64,000 nt of DNA from Patescibacteria group bacterium. Its GTDB lineage: Bacteria; Patescibacteriota; Minisyncoccia; 2-02-FULL-40-12; IGHO2-01-FULL-4-A. The stretch covers positions 13,395 through 77,394 of the forward strand of contig JBBTSB010000003.1 in the NCBI GenBank assembly GCA_038064915.1. Direction: 5' to 3'. The notes beneath the pieces are model-generated. The model did no database searches. It saw nothing but the letters and a program-made list of their open reading frames with translations, and was not told where the DNA came from. The position numbers were made by a program, and so were the translations under genes. Shown piece by piece: positions 39,992 through 48,870 of this stretch; the first letter of the stretch is position 1, and every line of letters starts with the position of its first letter.

Positions 39992-40630
39992 ATGGCAAGA
40001 AAAATAATCTTTTGGATTTGCACGTTTGCTGTCATTATTCTCCTCCTCATTGGATTAGCGAAATGGGGTCAGAAAAGTAGCACGACGAGTACCAACACCG
40101 ATGTCAGTATTATCAAAGACACCGATTGGTACAAAGGTGACAAGGCGAGCGCAGTGGTGCTCGTTGAATATAGCGACTTTCAATGTCCCGCCTGCCGCAA
40201 TTTTGAACCAACCATCAAAGAAGTACTTGCGGAATACGGCGACCGCATGGTGCTCGTATATCGGCATTTTCCCATCTATGCTAGTCATAAGAATGCCAAA
40301 TTGGCAGGGCAAGCAGCGGAGGCGGCAGGGAAACAGGGAAAGTTTTGGGAATACCATGATCTCGTGTTTGAAAAACAAGACGAATGGAAATCTTTGAAAG
40401 ACCCAGCATCGATCTTTATCGAATATGCGAAATCACTTTCTCTCGATGTGACATTGTTTGAAAGCGACATGAATTCTGACGAAGCAAAACACAGTGTTGA
40501 GGATGATGCAAATGAAGGAACGCGGTATGGTGTAAATAGCACGCCAACGTTTTATCTCAATGGGGTAAAACTTCAATTAGATAGTTATGATCAACTCAAA
40601 AACGCTATCAAGACTGCTGTTGGGGCTTAG
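39992..40630 (+). CDS. DsbA-family thiol:disulfide oxidoreductase, membrane-anchored
   Basis: The internal Met 'MARKIIFWICTFAVIILLL' provides a TM anchor. 'FQCPAC' is the CxxC motif. Confidence 0.75.
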   Translation: MARKIIFWICTFAVIILLLIGLAKWGQKSSTTSTNTDVSIIKDTDWYKGDKASAVVLVEYSDFQCPACRNFEPTIKEVLAEYGDRMVLVYRHFPIYASHKNAKLAGQAAEAAGKQGKFWEYHDLVFEKQDEWKSLKDPASIFIEYAKSLSLDVTLFESDMNSDEAKHSVEDDANEGTRYGVNSTPTFYLNGVKLQLDSYDQLKNAIKTAVGA

Positions 40631-41000
40631 CCTCCTGGGCTTTGTTGACGCGGCATACCTGACGGTTTCGCACTACCAAAACGCAATTCCACCCTGCACG
40701 ATATCAGGTTGTGAAACAGTGCTTACCAGCGAATATGCAGTCATGTTTGGCGTTCCCCTGGCGCTTCTTGGTGCGCTTTACTATCTGACGGTATTTTTTC
40801 TGGTCTTGAGCAACAGCGTGCGGGTGGTTGTTTGGCTCGTGGGTATCGGATTTGTCATATCACTTGTATTAGTGGGGTTGCAGTTGTTTGTCCTTGATGC
40901 GATCTGCCAATACTGCATGATATCTGCCGCTACGACGACTTTGCTTCTGATCTTCAGCTTGCTACTATTACGGAGTGACAACGTGGAACCTATTTCGTAA
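40587..41000 (+). CDS. vitamin K epoxide reductase (VKOR) family protein
   Basis: 'C..SGC' and 'CQYC' motifs sit in a 4-TM protein adjacent to dsbA. Confidence 0.75.
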   Translation: MINSKTLSRLLLGLSLLGFVDAAYLTVSHYQNAIPPCTISGCETVLTSEYAVMFGVPLALLGALYYLTVFFLVLSNSVRVVVWLVGIGFVISLVLVGLQLFVLDAICQYCMISAATTTLLLIFSLLLLRSDNVEPIS

Positions 41001-42042
41001 TTCCAAGGATGCATGGGAAGCGCTCTTTGTCGACTGCGAGCGTGCCGAGCGCTCCATAGATCTTGAGCAATACATTGTACACGATGATGCCATCGGCAGG
41101 AGGCTTTTTGCACTTCTTGAAGCAAAAGCTCGCGCGGGTGTTCAGGTGCGCCTTTTGTGTGATATGGTGGGAAGCTCCGATTTTTACCGATCCATCCAGG
41201 TTAAAAAGCTTCGTAGTGCAGGAGTAGAGATTTTCTTTGTCCATCCTATCAGTTTTTGGCGCCTCAAAAATCTCACCTCATGGTTTTTTCGAGACCACCG
41301 CAAACTTTGGATCATCGACGGTAGTATCGGGTATACCGGTGGCGTCAATTTGGGAGCAGCATACGCAGAATGGCGGGATACGCAAATTCGTATTCTGGGG
41401 CCCGCGGTGGAGCAGATGCGAGCAGAATTTGAACGCATGTGGACGGGAGTGAGCCAGCATCATTTTGCACGATCACGTTCCCCGCATGATGTTCGAGATG
41501 AATTTATGCTGGTGGCAAATGCCCCGCGCATTCGCCAGCGCCACTTTTATCACGTGTTGTTGCGAGCGATACGAAAAGCAGAGAGCAGTGTCTATCTTAC
41601 CACTCCGTACTACATTCCCCCGATTCGTATTTTGCGCGCTTTGCAAAAAGCTGCCCATCGCGGTGTCGATGTCCGGTTACTCGTTCCAATTACGTCGGAC
41701 ATTTGGATGGTGGATTTGGCCTCGCATTCATTTTTTGGCGTGACCATGAAGTCGGGCATTCGACTGTTTCGGTATGAGGGAGAAATTATTCATGCGAAAA
41801 CGTTTATCATTGATGATCGGTGGGCGGCCGTCGGCAGCAGTAATCTTGACTCTCAAAGTTTTAGTTTTAGCTATGAGGCAAATTTGATTACGACAAATCC
41901 TGCATGTGTTGAAGAATTGCGTGGGCACTTTTTTGAAGATATGAAAAAATCCAAAGAGCTTGATGCCTCGATCTGGGAACAGCGTTCGCTCTGGCGGCGT
42001 TTTCTCGAACCGCTCACCTGGCCAATACACTGGATTTTATAG
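40975..42042 (+). CDS. phospholipase D-family / cardiolipin synthase-like (two HKD motifs)
   Basis: 'DHRKLWIIDG' and 'IHAKTFIIDD...GSSN' are the two HKD motifs. Confidence 0.8.
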   Translation: MTTWNLFRNSKDAWEALFVDCERAERSIDLEQYIVHDDAIGRRLFALLEAKARAGVQVRLLCDMVGSSDFYRSIQVKKLRSAGVEIFFVHPISFWRLKNLTSWFFRDHRKLWIIDGSIGYTGGVNLGAAYAEWRDTQIRILGPAVEQMRAEFERMWTGVSQHHFARSRSPHDVRDEFMLVANAPRIRQRHFYHVLLRAIRKAESSVYLTTPYYIPPIRILRALQKAAHRGVDVRLLVPITSDIWMVDLASHSFFGVTMKSGIRLFRYEGEIIHAKTFIIDDRWAAVGSSNLDSQSFSFSYEANLITTNPACVEELRGHFFEDMKKSKELDASIWEQRSLWRRFLEPLTWPIHWIL

Positions 42043-42043
42043 C

Positions 42044-42379
42044 ATGTTTTTCAAGCCACCCAAAAATGATCACAAGTACCAGTGGACCAATCACGTCCAA
42101 CAGAAGATGATGTATTACGGTATTTCCGAAAGCCTCATCAAACGCATCACGAGATTTCCCAAGCGCATTGAAGAGGGCATTGCGCCAAAGACCGTTGCCG
42201 TCATGCAGCCCACCAGCAACAAGAAAAAGCCTCAAGAAATCTGGGTGATGTATGTGCAAATCAATGATACGAAAAAACGCATCGTTTCCGCGTGGCGGTA
42301 TCCCGGGATAAGTCCGATAGGAAAAAAGATTCCCATCCCGGATGAAATTTTGCAAGAATTGGAAGATATGATAGAGTAG
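42044..42379 (+). CDS. DUF4258-like small protein (toxin-like fold), hypothetical
   Basis: 'W.NHVQQKMMYYGISESLI' resembles DUF4258. This is a weak call. Confidence 0.3.
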   Translation: MFFKPPKNDHKYQWTNHVQQKMMYYGISESLIKRITRFPKRIEEGIAPKTVAVMQPTSNKKKPQEIWVMYVQINDTKKRIVSAWRYPGISPIGKKIPIPDEILQELEDMIE

Positions 42380-42384
42380 CAACT

Positions 42385-42834
42385 ATGAAAGCTACCCTTG
42401 CTACCATAATAATCATCATTGGTCTTGCCGTTGCAGGATATATCCTCATGCAGCCAAAAGACGAATTTACGCTTGATGCAACCCCTATGGCAACACAAAT
42501 CACGCCTACTCCTTTGCCCTCGTCCATTACGGAACTAAAAATGGAAACGCTTGTGGAGGGAAGCGGCCCGCAAGCAAAAGCTGGGGATACCATTTCTGTT
42601 TTATACGTCGGCACCCGTCTGGATGGGAGTATTCTTGATGCTTCCGGTCTTCACAACAATGAACCGTTTTCTTTCACACTCGGTTCCGGCCAAGTCATCA
42701 AGGGATTTGATCAGGGATTGATGGGCGTGCGAAAAGGCGAAAAACGAAAAATTTTTATTCCTATGGAACTTGCCTATGGCAATGAGTCGTTGATTTTTGA
42801 AGTTGATGTTCTCACCGTAACGAGCGCAAAATAA
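42385..42834 (+). CDS. FKBP-type peptidyl-prolyl cis-trans isomerase, membrane-anchored
   Basis: An N-terminal TM segment is followed by 'ISVLYVGTRLDGSILD', 'GSGQVIKGFD' and 'IPMELAYG'. Confidence 0.8.
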   Translation: MKATLATIIIIIGLAVAGYILMQPKDEFTLDATPMATQITPTPLPSSITELKMETLVEGSGPQAKAGDTISVLYVGTRLDGSILDASGLHNNEPFSFTLGSGQVIKGFDQGLMGVRKGEKRKIFIPMELAYGNESLIFEVDVLTVTSAK

Positions 42835-42837
42835 TCA

Positions 42838-42984
42838 TGTCGATCGTACTAGCACTTTTTTTTCTTCTTCTGCCCTTTGTTTTCCACCTCGTGGTGACCG
42901 GTTCTCTTCTGGGCGGCTTGTGGATCTATTTCATCGGCGCGATTGTCACCGCTATTTTTGTCTTGCAGGAATCAAGTAATTGAT
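42838..42984 (+). CDS. 48-aa hydrophobic small protein
   Basis: An ATG-started ORF predicts two TM segments. It is below the 60-aa cutoff of the supplied ORF track. Confidence 0.25.
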
Positions 42985-43056
42985 TGACAGAAGCTCTCTT
43001 TTCTAGTAAACAATCAGTGTCCTCAAAAGTTCCATCAACCAAGAAGGAGGTTTTAC

Positions 43057-43653
43057 GTGAAGGGATACGGAACTCCGTACCATAGCACCGTTTACGAGTC
43101 GTTCTTCGACTCGACTTCGGACCTCGTCCGGTTCCTCGTGGACGAAGGGTTCAAAGTCGCCAGTGCGGGAACGGTGGTCGACATCGACCGCTACTACCGC
43201 CGGAAGCCATACCGGCTGAAGTACTACTATCTGGCGACCGACGGGTACCTCATCATCGTCCGGACGCCGCTGTTCGCCACGTCCAACGGCTTTGCGGCGC
43301 GCGTGCCTCTCCGCGTGTGGATCGCCGACCGCGATGGTCGGCTCGTCATGAAGAACCACAAGGTGCTCCAGACCGCCGGGGCCCTGGACAGCATCAAGGA
43401 GTACGTCAAGCGCGCGGTGCATCGCGCCCGTCAGCGCATCATGTGCCACTGCGGGAATCGGGCGCTCATCCGTCGCGCCCCGCAGGGAGGCTACTACTTC
43501 TCCTGCAGGGGAGACGCCGAATTCCCCCACAAGGAAGAATCGTCGACCATCGATTTCGGCATGCCGGAGGAGCTTCTCGCGGACGCACGCGCCAAGCGTG
43601 TGCGGCGCCAGGCGCACCGGCGGCGCGAGGAGCGTGGGCGCGAAAAGCGCTAG
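43057..43653 (+). CDS. NERD-like/nuclease-related domain protein with topoisomerase-type C4 zinc finger (GC-rich island)
   Basis: 'AAGGAGG' precedes the GTG start. The C-terminus carries 'CHCGNRAL...YYFSCRG'. GC is about 62%. Confidence 0.4.
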   Translation: MKGYGTPYHSTVYESFFDSTSDLVRFLVDEGFKVASAGTVVDIDRYYRRKPYRLKYYYLATDGYLIIVRTPLFATSNGFAARVPLRVWIADRDGRLVMKNHKVLQTAGALDSIKEYVKRAVHRARQRIMCHCGNRALIRRAPQGGYYFSCRGDAEFPHKEESSTIDFGMPEELLADARAKRVRRQAHRRREERGREKR

Positions 43654-43726
43654 CCCAGCGCCACGAACCAGTTCACCAGCGGCGTCGTCCTCACGGGCGG
43701 CGCCGGCTTTTCGTTTTGAATCAAAC

Positions 43727-44401
43727 ATGGTACAGTATATATCCATGATTTTACTTCGTGATGTCAATAAAACCTATTCAGAGGGGCGTGTTGCCTTCCA
43801 TGCCCTCAAAGACGTAAACTTGGAAATCAATCAGGGTGAGTTTGTAAGCATTCTCGGTCCTTCGGGGAGCGGAAAATCCACCTTGATGCATTTAATCGGC
43901 GGACTGGATAGACCGACCATTGGTACTGTGGTAGTCAATTATCAGTCCCTTGGGATTCTTTCGGACAAACAGCTTACCAAGTTTCGCAATCAAAACATCG
44001 GTTTTGTGTTTCAATTCTTTCATTTGCTTCCATATCTGACAGCGCTGGAAAACGTGCGTCTTCCGCTTATGTATTCGGATTACAAAATCGATCGCAATCA
44101 CCATGCCGCCGAAATGCTTCGCTATTTTGGTCTGGGTGAAAAACTCAAAAGCAAGATCAACGAGCTTTCCGGCGGTGAGCGCCAGCGTGTGGCGATTGCC
44201 CGTGCACTCATTTGCGATCCGGCGATCATCCTCGCCGATGAGCCGACTGGAAATCTGGATAGTAAAAACGGTGAATATGTGTTTGAGACACTCACCACAC
44301 TGCATCAGCTAGGAAAAACCGTAGTGGTGGTCACTCACGATGAGCACCTTGCAAAGCGCGCGCATAGAATAATTCACGTCAAAGATGGACACGTTTCTTG
44401 A
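43727..44401 (+). CDS. ABC transporter ATP-binding protein (MacB/LolD-like); alternative start 43745
   Basis: Walker A is 'GPSGSGKST', the signature is 'LSGGERQRVAIARAL' and Walker B is 'ILADEPT'. Confidence 0.85.
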   Translation: MVQYISMILLRDVNKTYSEGRVAFHALKDVNLEINQGEFVSILGPSGSGKSTLMHLIGGLDRPTIGTVVVNYQSLGILSDKQLTKFRNQNIGFVFQFFHLLPYLTALENVRLPLMYSDYKIDRNHHAAEMLRYFGLGEKLKSKINELSGGERQRVAIARALICDPAIILADEPTGNLDSKNGEYVFETLTTLHQLGKTVVVVTHDEHLAKRAHRIIHVKDGHVS

Positions 44402-45542
44402 TTCACTGCAAGCCGCATACGGATCGCTCACTGCCAAAAAAATGCGCAGTGTGCTTTCGATTTTGGGCGTGGTCATAGGCATTCTGACGATCTCCAGTTT
44501 ACTTACCATCTCCTTTGGCGTACGGGATCAAATCGGTTCCTATATTGGCGATTTGGGAGCAAATCTCTTGGTTGTACTTCCTGGCGATACCGATCAGAGC
44601 GGCGGATTTGCGTCGCAATTTGGTGTGAGCACGCTAACAGAATCTGACGTAGAAGCTATTCGACGCGAAGTACCCGAAGTCATCAACCTCAATTCGGCTA
44701 TGATTATCAGCCATCCTAAATTCTTTATCTTGGCAGGTTCACCGGGCATACAGGCCACGTTTAACCTGAAACTCGATCAGGGACAATTTCCCGATCAGAA
44801 CGACGAGTTTCGCCGATCACGCGTTGCTGTTGTAGGAGCAAAAGTTACTGAAAATCCCATTGTGATTCGAGGTCAGACCTATGAGGTCGTTGGGCATTTG
44901 AGTCCTGTGACCAATGCTTCATCGCTTGGCGGTCCGGATGTAAATTCAATGGTTGTCATACCGCTTTCCACCGGATGGGAAGTGACCAACACAAAACAAA
45001 TCTTTCGTATTTCCATGCAGGCGCCTACGGCTGAAACGGTAGGGCCGCTCCGTGAGCGCATCGAATCCACCATGCTACAAAATCACCGAGGCGAAAAAGA
45101 CTTCAGTGTTCTCACGCAGGATGATATATTAAGTCTCGCGAACGATATTTTGGATCTCATCACCGCCATGATAAGTGCGATTGCAGCTATTTCGTTGGTT
45201 GTTGGCGGCATTGGCATCATGAACATCATGCTAGTGACTGTAAACGAGCGCACGCGCGAAATTGGCATCCGCAAAGCCGTGGGTGCGACACGAGGCGTCA
45301 TCATGCTACAGTTTTTGATAGAAAGTATTTTACTTACCTTCATGGCGGGCGTGGTTGCCGTGGGAATATTTAGTGCGATGATCGCACTGGTAAAAAGCCA
45401 CGTTCCCATACCGTTGAGCTTGGATTGGTACGTCATTTTGATTGCGCTGGGATTTTCTATTCTCGCCGGCATCGTTTTCGGTCTCATCCCCGCCTGGCAA
45501 GCAAGCCGCAAAGATCCGATTGAAGCACTACGCTACGAATAG
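44385..45542 (+). CDS. ABC transporter permease (MacB/FtsX family)
   Basis: An N-terminal TM and large periplasmic domain precede a C-terminal FtsX-like 3-TM bundle. Confidence 0.8.
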   Translation: MDTFLDSLQAAYGSLTAKKMRSVLSILGVVIGILTISSLLTISFGVRDQIGSYIGDLGANLLVVLPGDTDQSGGFASQFGVSTLTESDVEAIRREVPEVINLNSAMIISHPKFFILAGSPGIQATFNLKLDQGQFPDQNDEFRRSRVAVVGAKVTENPIVIRGQTYEVVGHLSPVTNASSLGGPDVNSMVVIPLSTGWEVTNTKQIFRISMQAPTAETVGPLRERIESTMLQNHRGEKDFSVLTQDDILSLANDILDLITAMISAIAAISLVVGGIGIMNIMLVTVNERTREIGIRKAVGATRGVIMLQFLIESILLTFMAGVVAVGIFSAMIALVKSHVPIPLSLDWYVILIALGFSILAGIVFGLIPAWQASRKDPIEALRYE

Positions 45543-45580
45543 CGCTTGAAAAAAATTAGATTCCATGGTACTATGAGGTA

Positions 45581-46765
45581 ATGCAACAATCGTCTAGTTT
45601 CTATGGTCTCGGCATTGCCCCCCAGCTTCTCGAAACCCTCGACAAACTCAATTTCAAAATCCCCACCCCTATCCAACAGCAGGCGATTCCGCATGCAATT
45701 GAAGGGAAAGACGTTATGGGTATCGCGCAAACGGGCACGGGCAAGACACTCGCTTTTGGTGTTCCTATGATCCAGCGTCTCGCTTCGACCGGAGGCATGG
45801 GCCTTGTCGTGCTGCCCACGCGTGAGCTTGCGGTTCAAGTTGATGAAACACTTCGAAAACTCACCCAAAAGGGAACTGCCGTTTTGATTGGTGGAACCTC
45901 CCAGGAACGCCAAGTGCAAGCGCTTCGCCGCAATCCCCGTATCATCATCGGCACGCCTGGACGTATCAATGATTTGCTCCAGCAAAAACTGCTACGTCTA
46001 GACCAAGTAAAAGTGTTGGTTCTGGACGAAGCTGACCGCATGTTCGATATGGGTTTTGCTCCGCAAATTAAAAAAATTCTCCAAGTTATCCCACCCGATC
46101 GCCAGACGATGCTTTTTTCTGCGACGATGCCTACGGAAATTGTCCGTCTTGCTTCCGGATACATGAAACTTCCCATTCGCGTGGAGATTGCTCGAGCGGG
46201 TACGGCTGCGGAAACGGTCATCCAAGAGCTCTACGTTGTACCTCACAATGACAAGCTGCGACTTCTGGAAAAACTGCTTACTGAATACCACGGGACCGTT
46301 CTCATTTTTTCCCGTACCAAACACGGTGCCAAAAAAATCTGTCGCGCTATCCGTACGATGGGACACAATGCCGCAGAGCTTCACTCGAATTTGTCATTCA
46401 GCCAGCGCACGCGATCCATGGAGGGATTTCGCTCCGGCGCTTTTCGCATCTTGGTGGCTACCGATATTGCCGCGCGGGGGATTGATGTTTCCAGTATCGA
46501 GCTGGTCATCAACTACGATGTTCCCGAGCATGCGGAGGACTACGTGCATCGCATCGGCCGCACGGGACGCGCTGGAGCCGAAGGTCGCGCAATCACCTTT
46601 GCTTCACCCGATCAGGCGCGCGAAGTTCGCGATATCCAAAAGCTTATTCGCACATGGATTCCTATCGCAAAACTTCCGGAGTTGCCACCTGCCAGAATCC
46701 TTCCTCAAGTATCAAAAAACCCCGTCGCCCGAGGGCAACGAGGTTTTTCGCGAAGACGTTACTGA
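45581..46765 (+). CDS. DEAD-box ATP-dependent RNA helicase
   Basis: Q-motif 'TPIQ', 'AQTGTGKT', 'DEAD', 'SAT' and 'HRIGRTGRAG' are all present. Confidence 0.9.
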   Translation: MQQSSSFYGLGIAPQLLETLDKLNFKIPTPIQQQAIPHAIEGKDVMGIAQTGTGKTLAFGVPMIQRLASTGGMGLVVLPTRELAVQVDETLRKLTQKGTAVLIGGTSQERQVQALRRNPRIIIGTPGRINDLLQQKLLRLDQVKVLVLDEADRMFDMGFAPQIKKILQVIPPDRQTMLFSATMPTEIVRLASGYMKLPIRVEIARAGTAAETVIQELYVVPHNDKLRLLEKLLTEYHGTVLIFSRTKHGAKKICRAIRTMGHNAAELHSNLSFSQRTRSMEGFRSGAFRILVATDIAARGIDVSSIELVINYDVPEHAEDYVHRIGRTGRAGAEGRAITFASPDQAREVRDIQKLIRTWIPIAKLPELPPARILPQVSKNPVARGQRGFSRRRY

Positions 46766-46971
46766 GTAACTTGGACGCGTTGGACGTTTACTGCGTTGAG
46801 TCCCTTTGGGGAATCTGCAGTTTCAAACGTAACGGTCTCGCCTTCTTTGAGTTCGTCAAACGTGACGCCGACGCAGCTGTTGCTGTGGAAGAAAACATCC
46901 TTGGGAAGTTCTTCTGAGGCAATGAAGCCGAAGCCTTTGTCCGTGACGAGCTTTTTGATAGTTCCTGTCAT
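46759..46971 (-). CDS. cold-shock protein (CspA family)
   Basis: RNP1 is 'KGFGFI' and RNP2 is 'VFFH'. The product is 70 aa. Confidence 0.9.
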   Translation of the reverse strand: MTGTIKKLVTDKGFGFIASEELPKDVFFHSNSCVGVTFDELKEGETVTFETADSPKGLNAVNVQRVQVTQ

Positions 46972-47181
46972 AGATATATTGTTAAAATGATAGATACAAA
47001 AAGAAAAACGACCACCTCTTCACTTTGTCCTTCAAGTATACTACAGCCAACCCCAAATGTCAATAGCTTGACAGGTAAGCTATTTTTTGATACGCTGAAG
47101 GCGGAGGGGTACGATAGGCATTGCGGCTATCAAGCGCAGTGCTCGTCGACCTGCGCCATACCCTCCCAAGCCGAACTCACC

Positions 47182-47352
47182 ATGAAACTACTTTCGGCTC
47201 TGGGATTGGTGGTACTGTTCCTCCTCTTGTTCGTGATGATGCCCCGCATCTTTCACGATCTTGAGGAAACCCTCCACCGGTTCTTCGGGATGATCCAGGA
47301 CGTCCTTGCGCTCGCGCAAAAATTCCTGGCCATGGTCTCATCTAACACGTGA
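47182..47352 (+). CDS. 56-aa small membrane protein, hypothetical
   Basis: The internal Met 'MKLLSALGLVVLFLLLFVMM' starts it. It sits in a moderately GC-elevated stretch and is followed by a hairpin plus T-tract. Confidence 0.25.
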   Translation: MKLLSALGLVVLFLLLFVMMPRIFHDLEETLHRFFGMIQDVLALAQKFLAMVSSNT

Positions 47353-47362
47353 GACTACGCTA

Positions 47363-47401
47363 CCCCACTGTTGTTGCATTCATTTGCACCAGTGGGGTTT
47401 T
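47363..47401 (+). terminator. hairpin (8-bp GC stem, long loop) plus TTTT
   Basis: The stem is CCCCACTG/CAGTGGGG and TTTTA follows. Confidence 0.3.
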
Positions 47402-47418
47402 AGCTTTATAGTCTATGT

Positions 47419-48867
47419 ATGCATAGCGCCAAACACTATCACCTTACCGGTGAGCATTTTTATAAATTTTTTCAGTGTCCGCACTGGATTTGGTACGATC
47501 TTTACGAAGACAAGCAAAAGATGGGCAAGACTCCGGCGCTCATGGATATGATCTACCAAAACGGCCTCCAGCACGAGCATGAAGTTATCAAGTCGCGCAA
47601 GTTTGAGGAGATCAAACCGGAATTGTACAAAGACCTCGATGAAGCGTTTCTCGCCACAGTGGAGCTCATGAAAAAGGGCGTAAACATTTACCATGGCGTG
47701 CTCATGGACAGTCATTGGGTGGGGATTCCGGATCTGCTGGAAGCAAAGCCAGTGGAGAAGGGGATGAAATCGATTTTTGGGGATCACTATTATGTCGTGT
47801 ATGACATCAAAAGCGGGATGGAGATCCGCGATGACTACAAATTCCAGCTGACGTTTTATAGTTTGATTCTCGAACGTATTCAAGGTGTGCTTCCCCGCGA
47901 GGCTTTTATCATCAACGGCATGGGCGAAGAACACGGGTTTGTCGTGGATGATTTTTTGGATTACTTTCATCTCACACGCGAGCGGATTGAGAGAATTTTG
48001 GATGGCGAAAAACCGGCGCCGTTCCTGAAAAGCTCCTGCAAGACCTCGCCGTGGTTCTCTTTGTGCCTCGATGACGCAAAAGCATGTGATGATATTTCTC
48101 TCATCCATCGCCTCTCGCAAAACGATCAGCGCCGACTCTACGATATGGGAATTCGTACCGTCAAGGATTTGGCCACCGCAGACATGGAAGAGCTTCGCAC
48201 ACGATTGGAAGATTGGCAGTTTGATAAAATTTTGCGTTTTCACAACCAGGCCAATGTGCTCATGACGAATGAACCGATGATTTTGAAAAAAGCTGATTTT
48301 CCTGATGTGAAGACGGAAATATATTTTGATATTGAGTCGGATCCGACAGAAGAAATTGACTACTTGCTTGGGGTTTTGACCAAAAAAGGGAAAACGACAG
48401 AATATAAATATTTTCTCGCGAAAGACAAAGCCGATGAGGAGCGCATCTGGCGGGAGTTTCTCAATTTTCTCGATAGCCTCGATGATTTTGTGATCTACCA
48501 CTATGCGCATTTTGAGCAACAAGTGTTTAAACGCTTTGCGGATCAGTATGGAATTTCGCGCGAGTTGGAAAATAAGTTCAAAGATAATTCGATTGATCTG
48601 TGGCGGACTACCATTGAGGCGGTCGTTTTGCCTTTGTACTTTTATAGTCTCAAAGACGTGGCGAAATATCTGGGTTTCAAGTGGGATTCCGCAGACGCGG
48701 GGGGAGCAGAGTCGGTTGTTTGGTACAACGACTACCTCAAGACCAAAGACACAAAGATACTTGACAAAATTCTCCGTTACAACGAAGATGATGTTCGAGC
48801 CACACTGTTTGTAAAAGAATGGCTGGAAAAGCAAAAGCCCAAGACAAGCAGAGAAAAGCTCGATTAA
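47419..48867 (+). CDS. TM0106-family putative RecB-like nuclease (PD-(D/E)xK + RNase H-like domains)
   Basis: 'VVYDIKSG' is a D..K-type motif, and 'IYFDIESDP' is a DEDD-like exonuclease motif. Confidence 0.6.
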   Translation: MHSAKHYHLTGEHFYKFFQCPHWIWYDLYEDKQKMGKTPALMDMIYQNGLQHEHEVIKSRKFEEIKPELYKDLDEAFLATVELMKKGVNIYHGVLMDSHWVGIPDLLEAKPVEKGMKSIFGDHYYVVYDIKSGMEIRDDYKFQLTFYSLILERIQGVLPREAFIINGMGEEHGFVVDDFLDYFHLTRERIERILDGEKPAPFLKSSCKTSPWFSLCLDDAKACDDISLIHRLSQNDQRRLYDMGIRTVKDLATADMEELRTRLEDWQFDKILRFHNQANVLMTNEPMILKKADFPDVKTEIYFDIESDPTEEIDYLLGVLTKKGKTTEYKYFLAKDKADEERIWREFLNFLDSLDDFVIYHYAHFEQQVFKRFADQYGISRELENKFKDNSIDLWRTTIEAVVLPLYFYSLKDVAKYLGFKWDSADAGGAESVVWYNDYLKTKDTKILDKILRYNEDDVRATLFVKEWLEKQKPKTSREKLD

Positions 48868-48870
48868 TCC

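Noticed and set aside
43003-43767. 254-aa minus-strand ORF covering the NERD/zinc-finger gene
   Set aside because: The ORF lies entirely in a 62%-GC segment where long spurious ORFs are expected on the antisense strand. It has no RBS or motifs, whereas the plus-strand gene has a consensus SD and a recognisable zinc finger.
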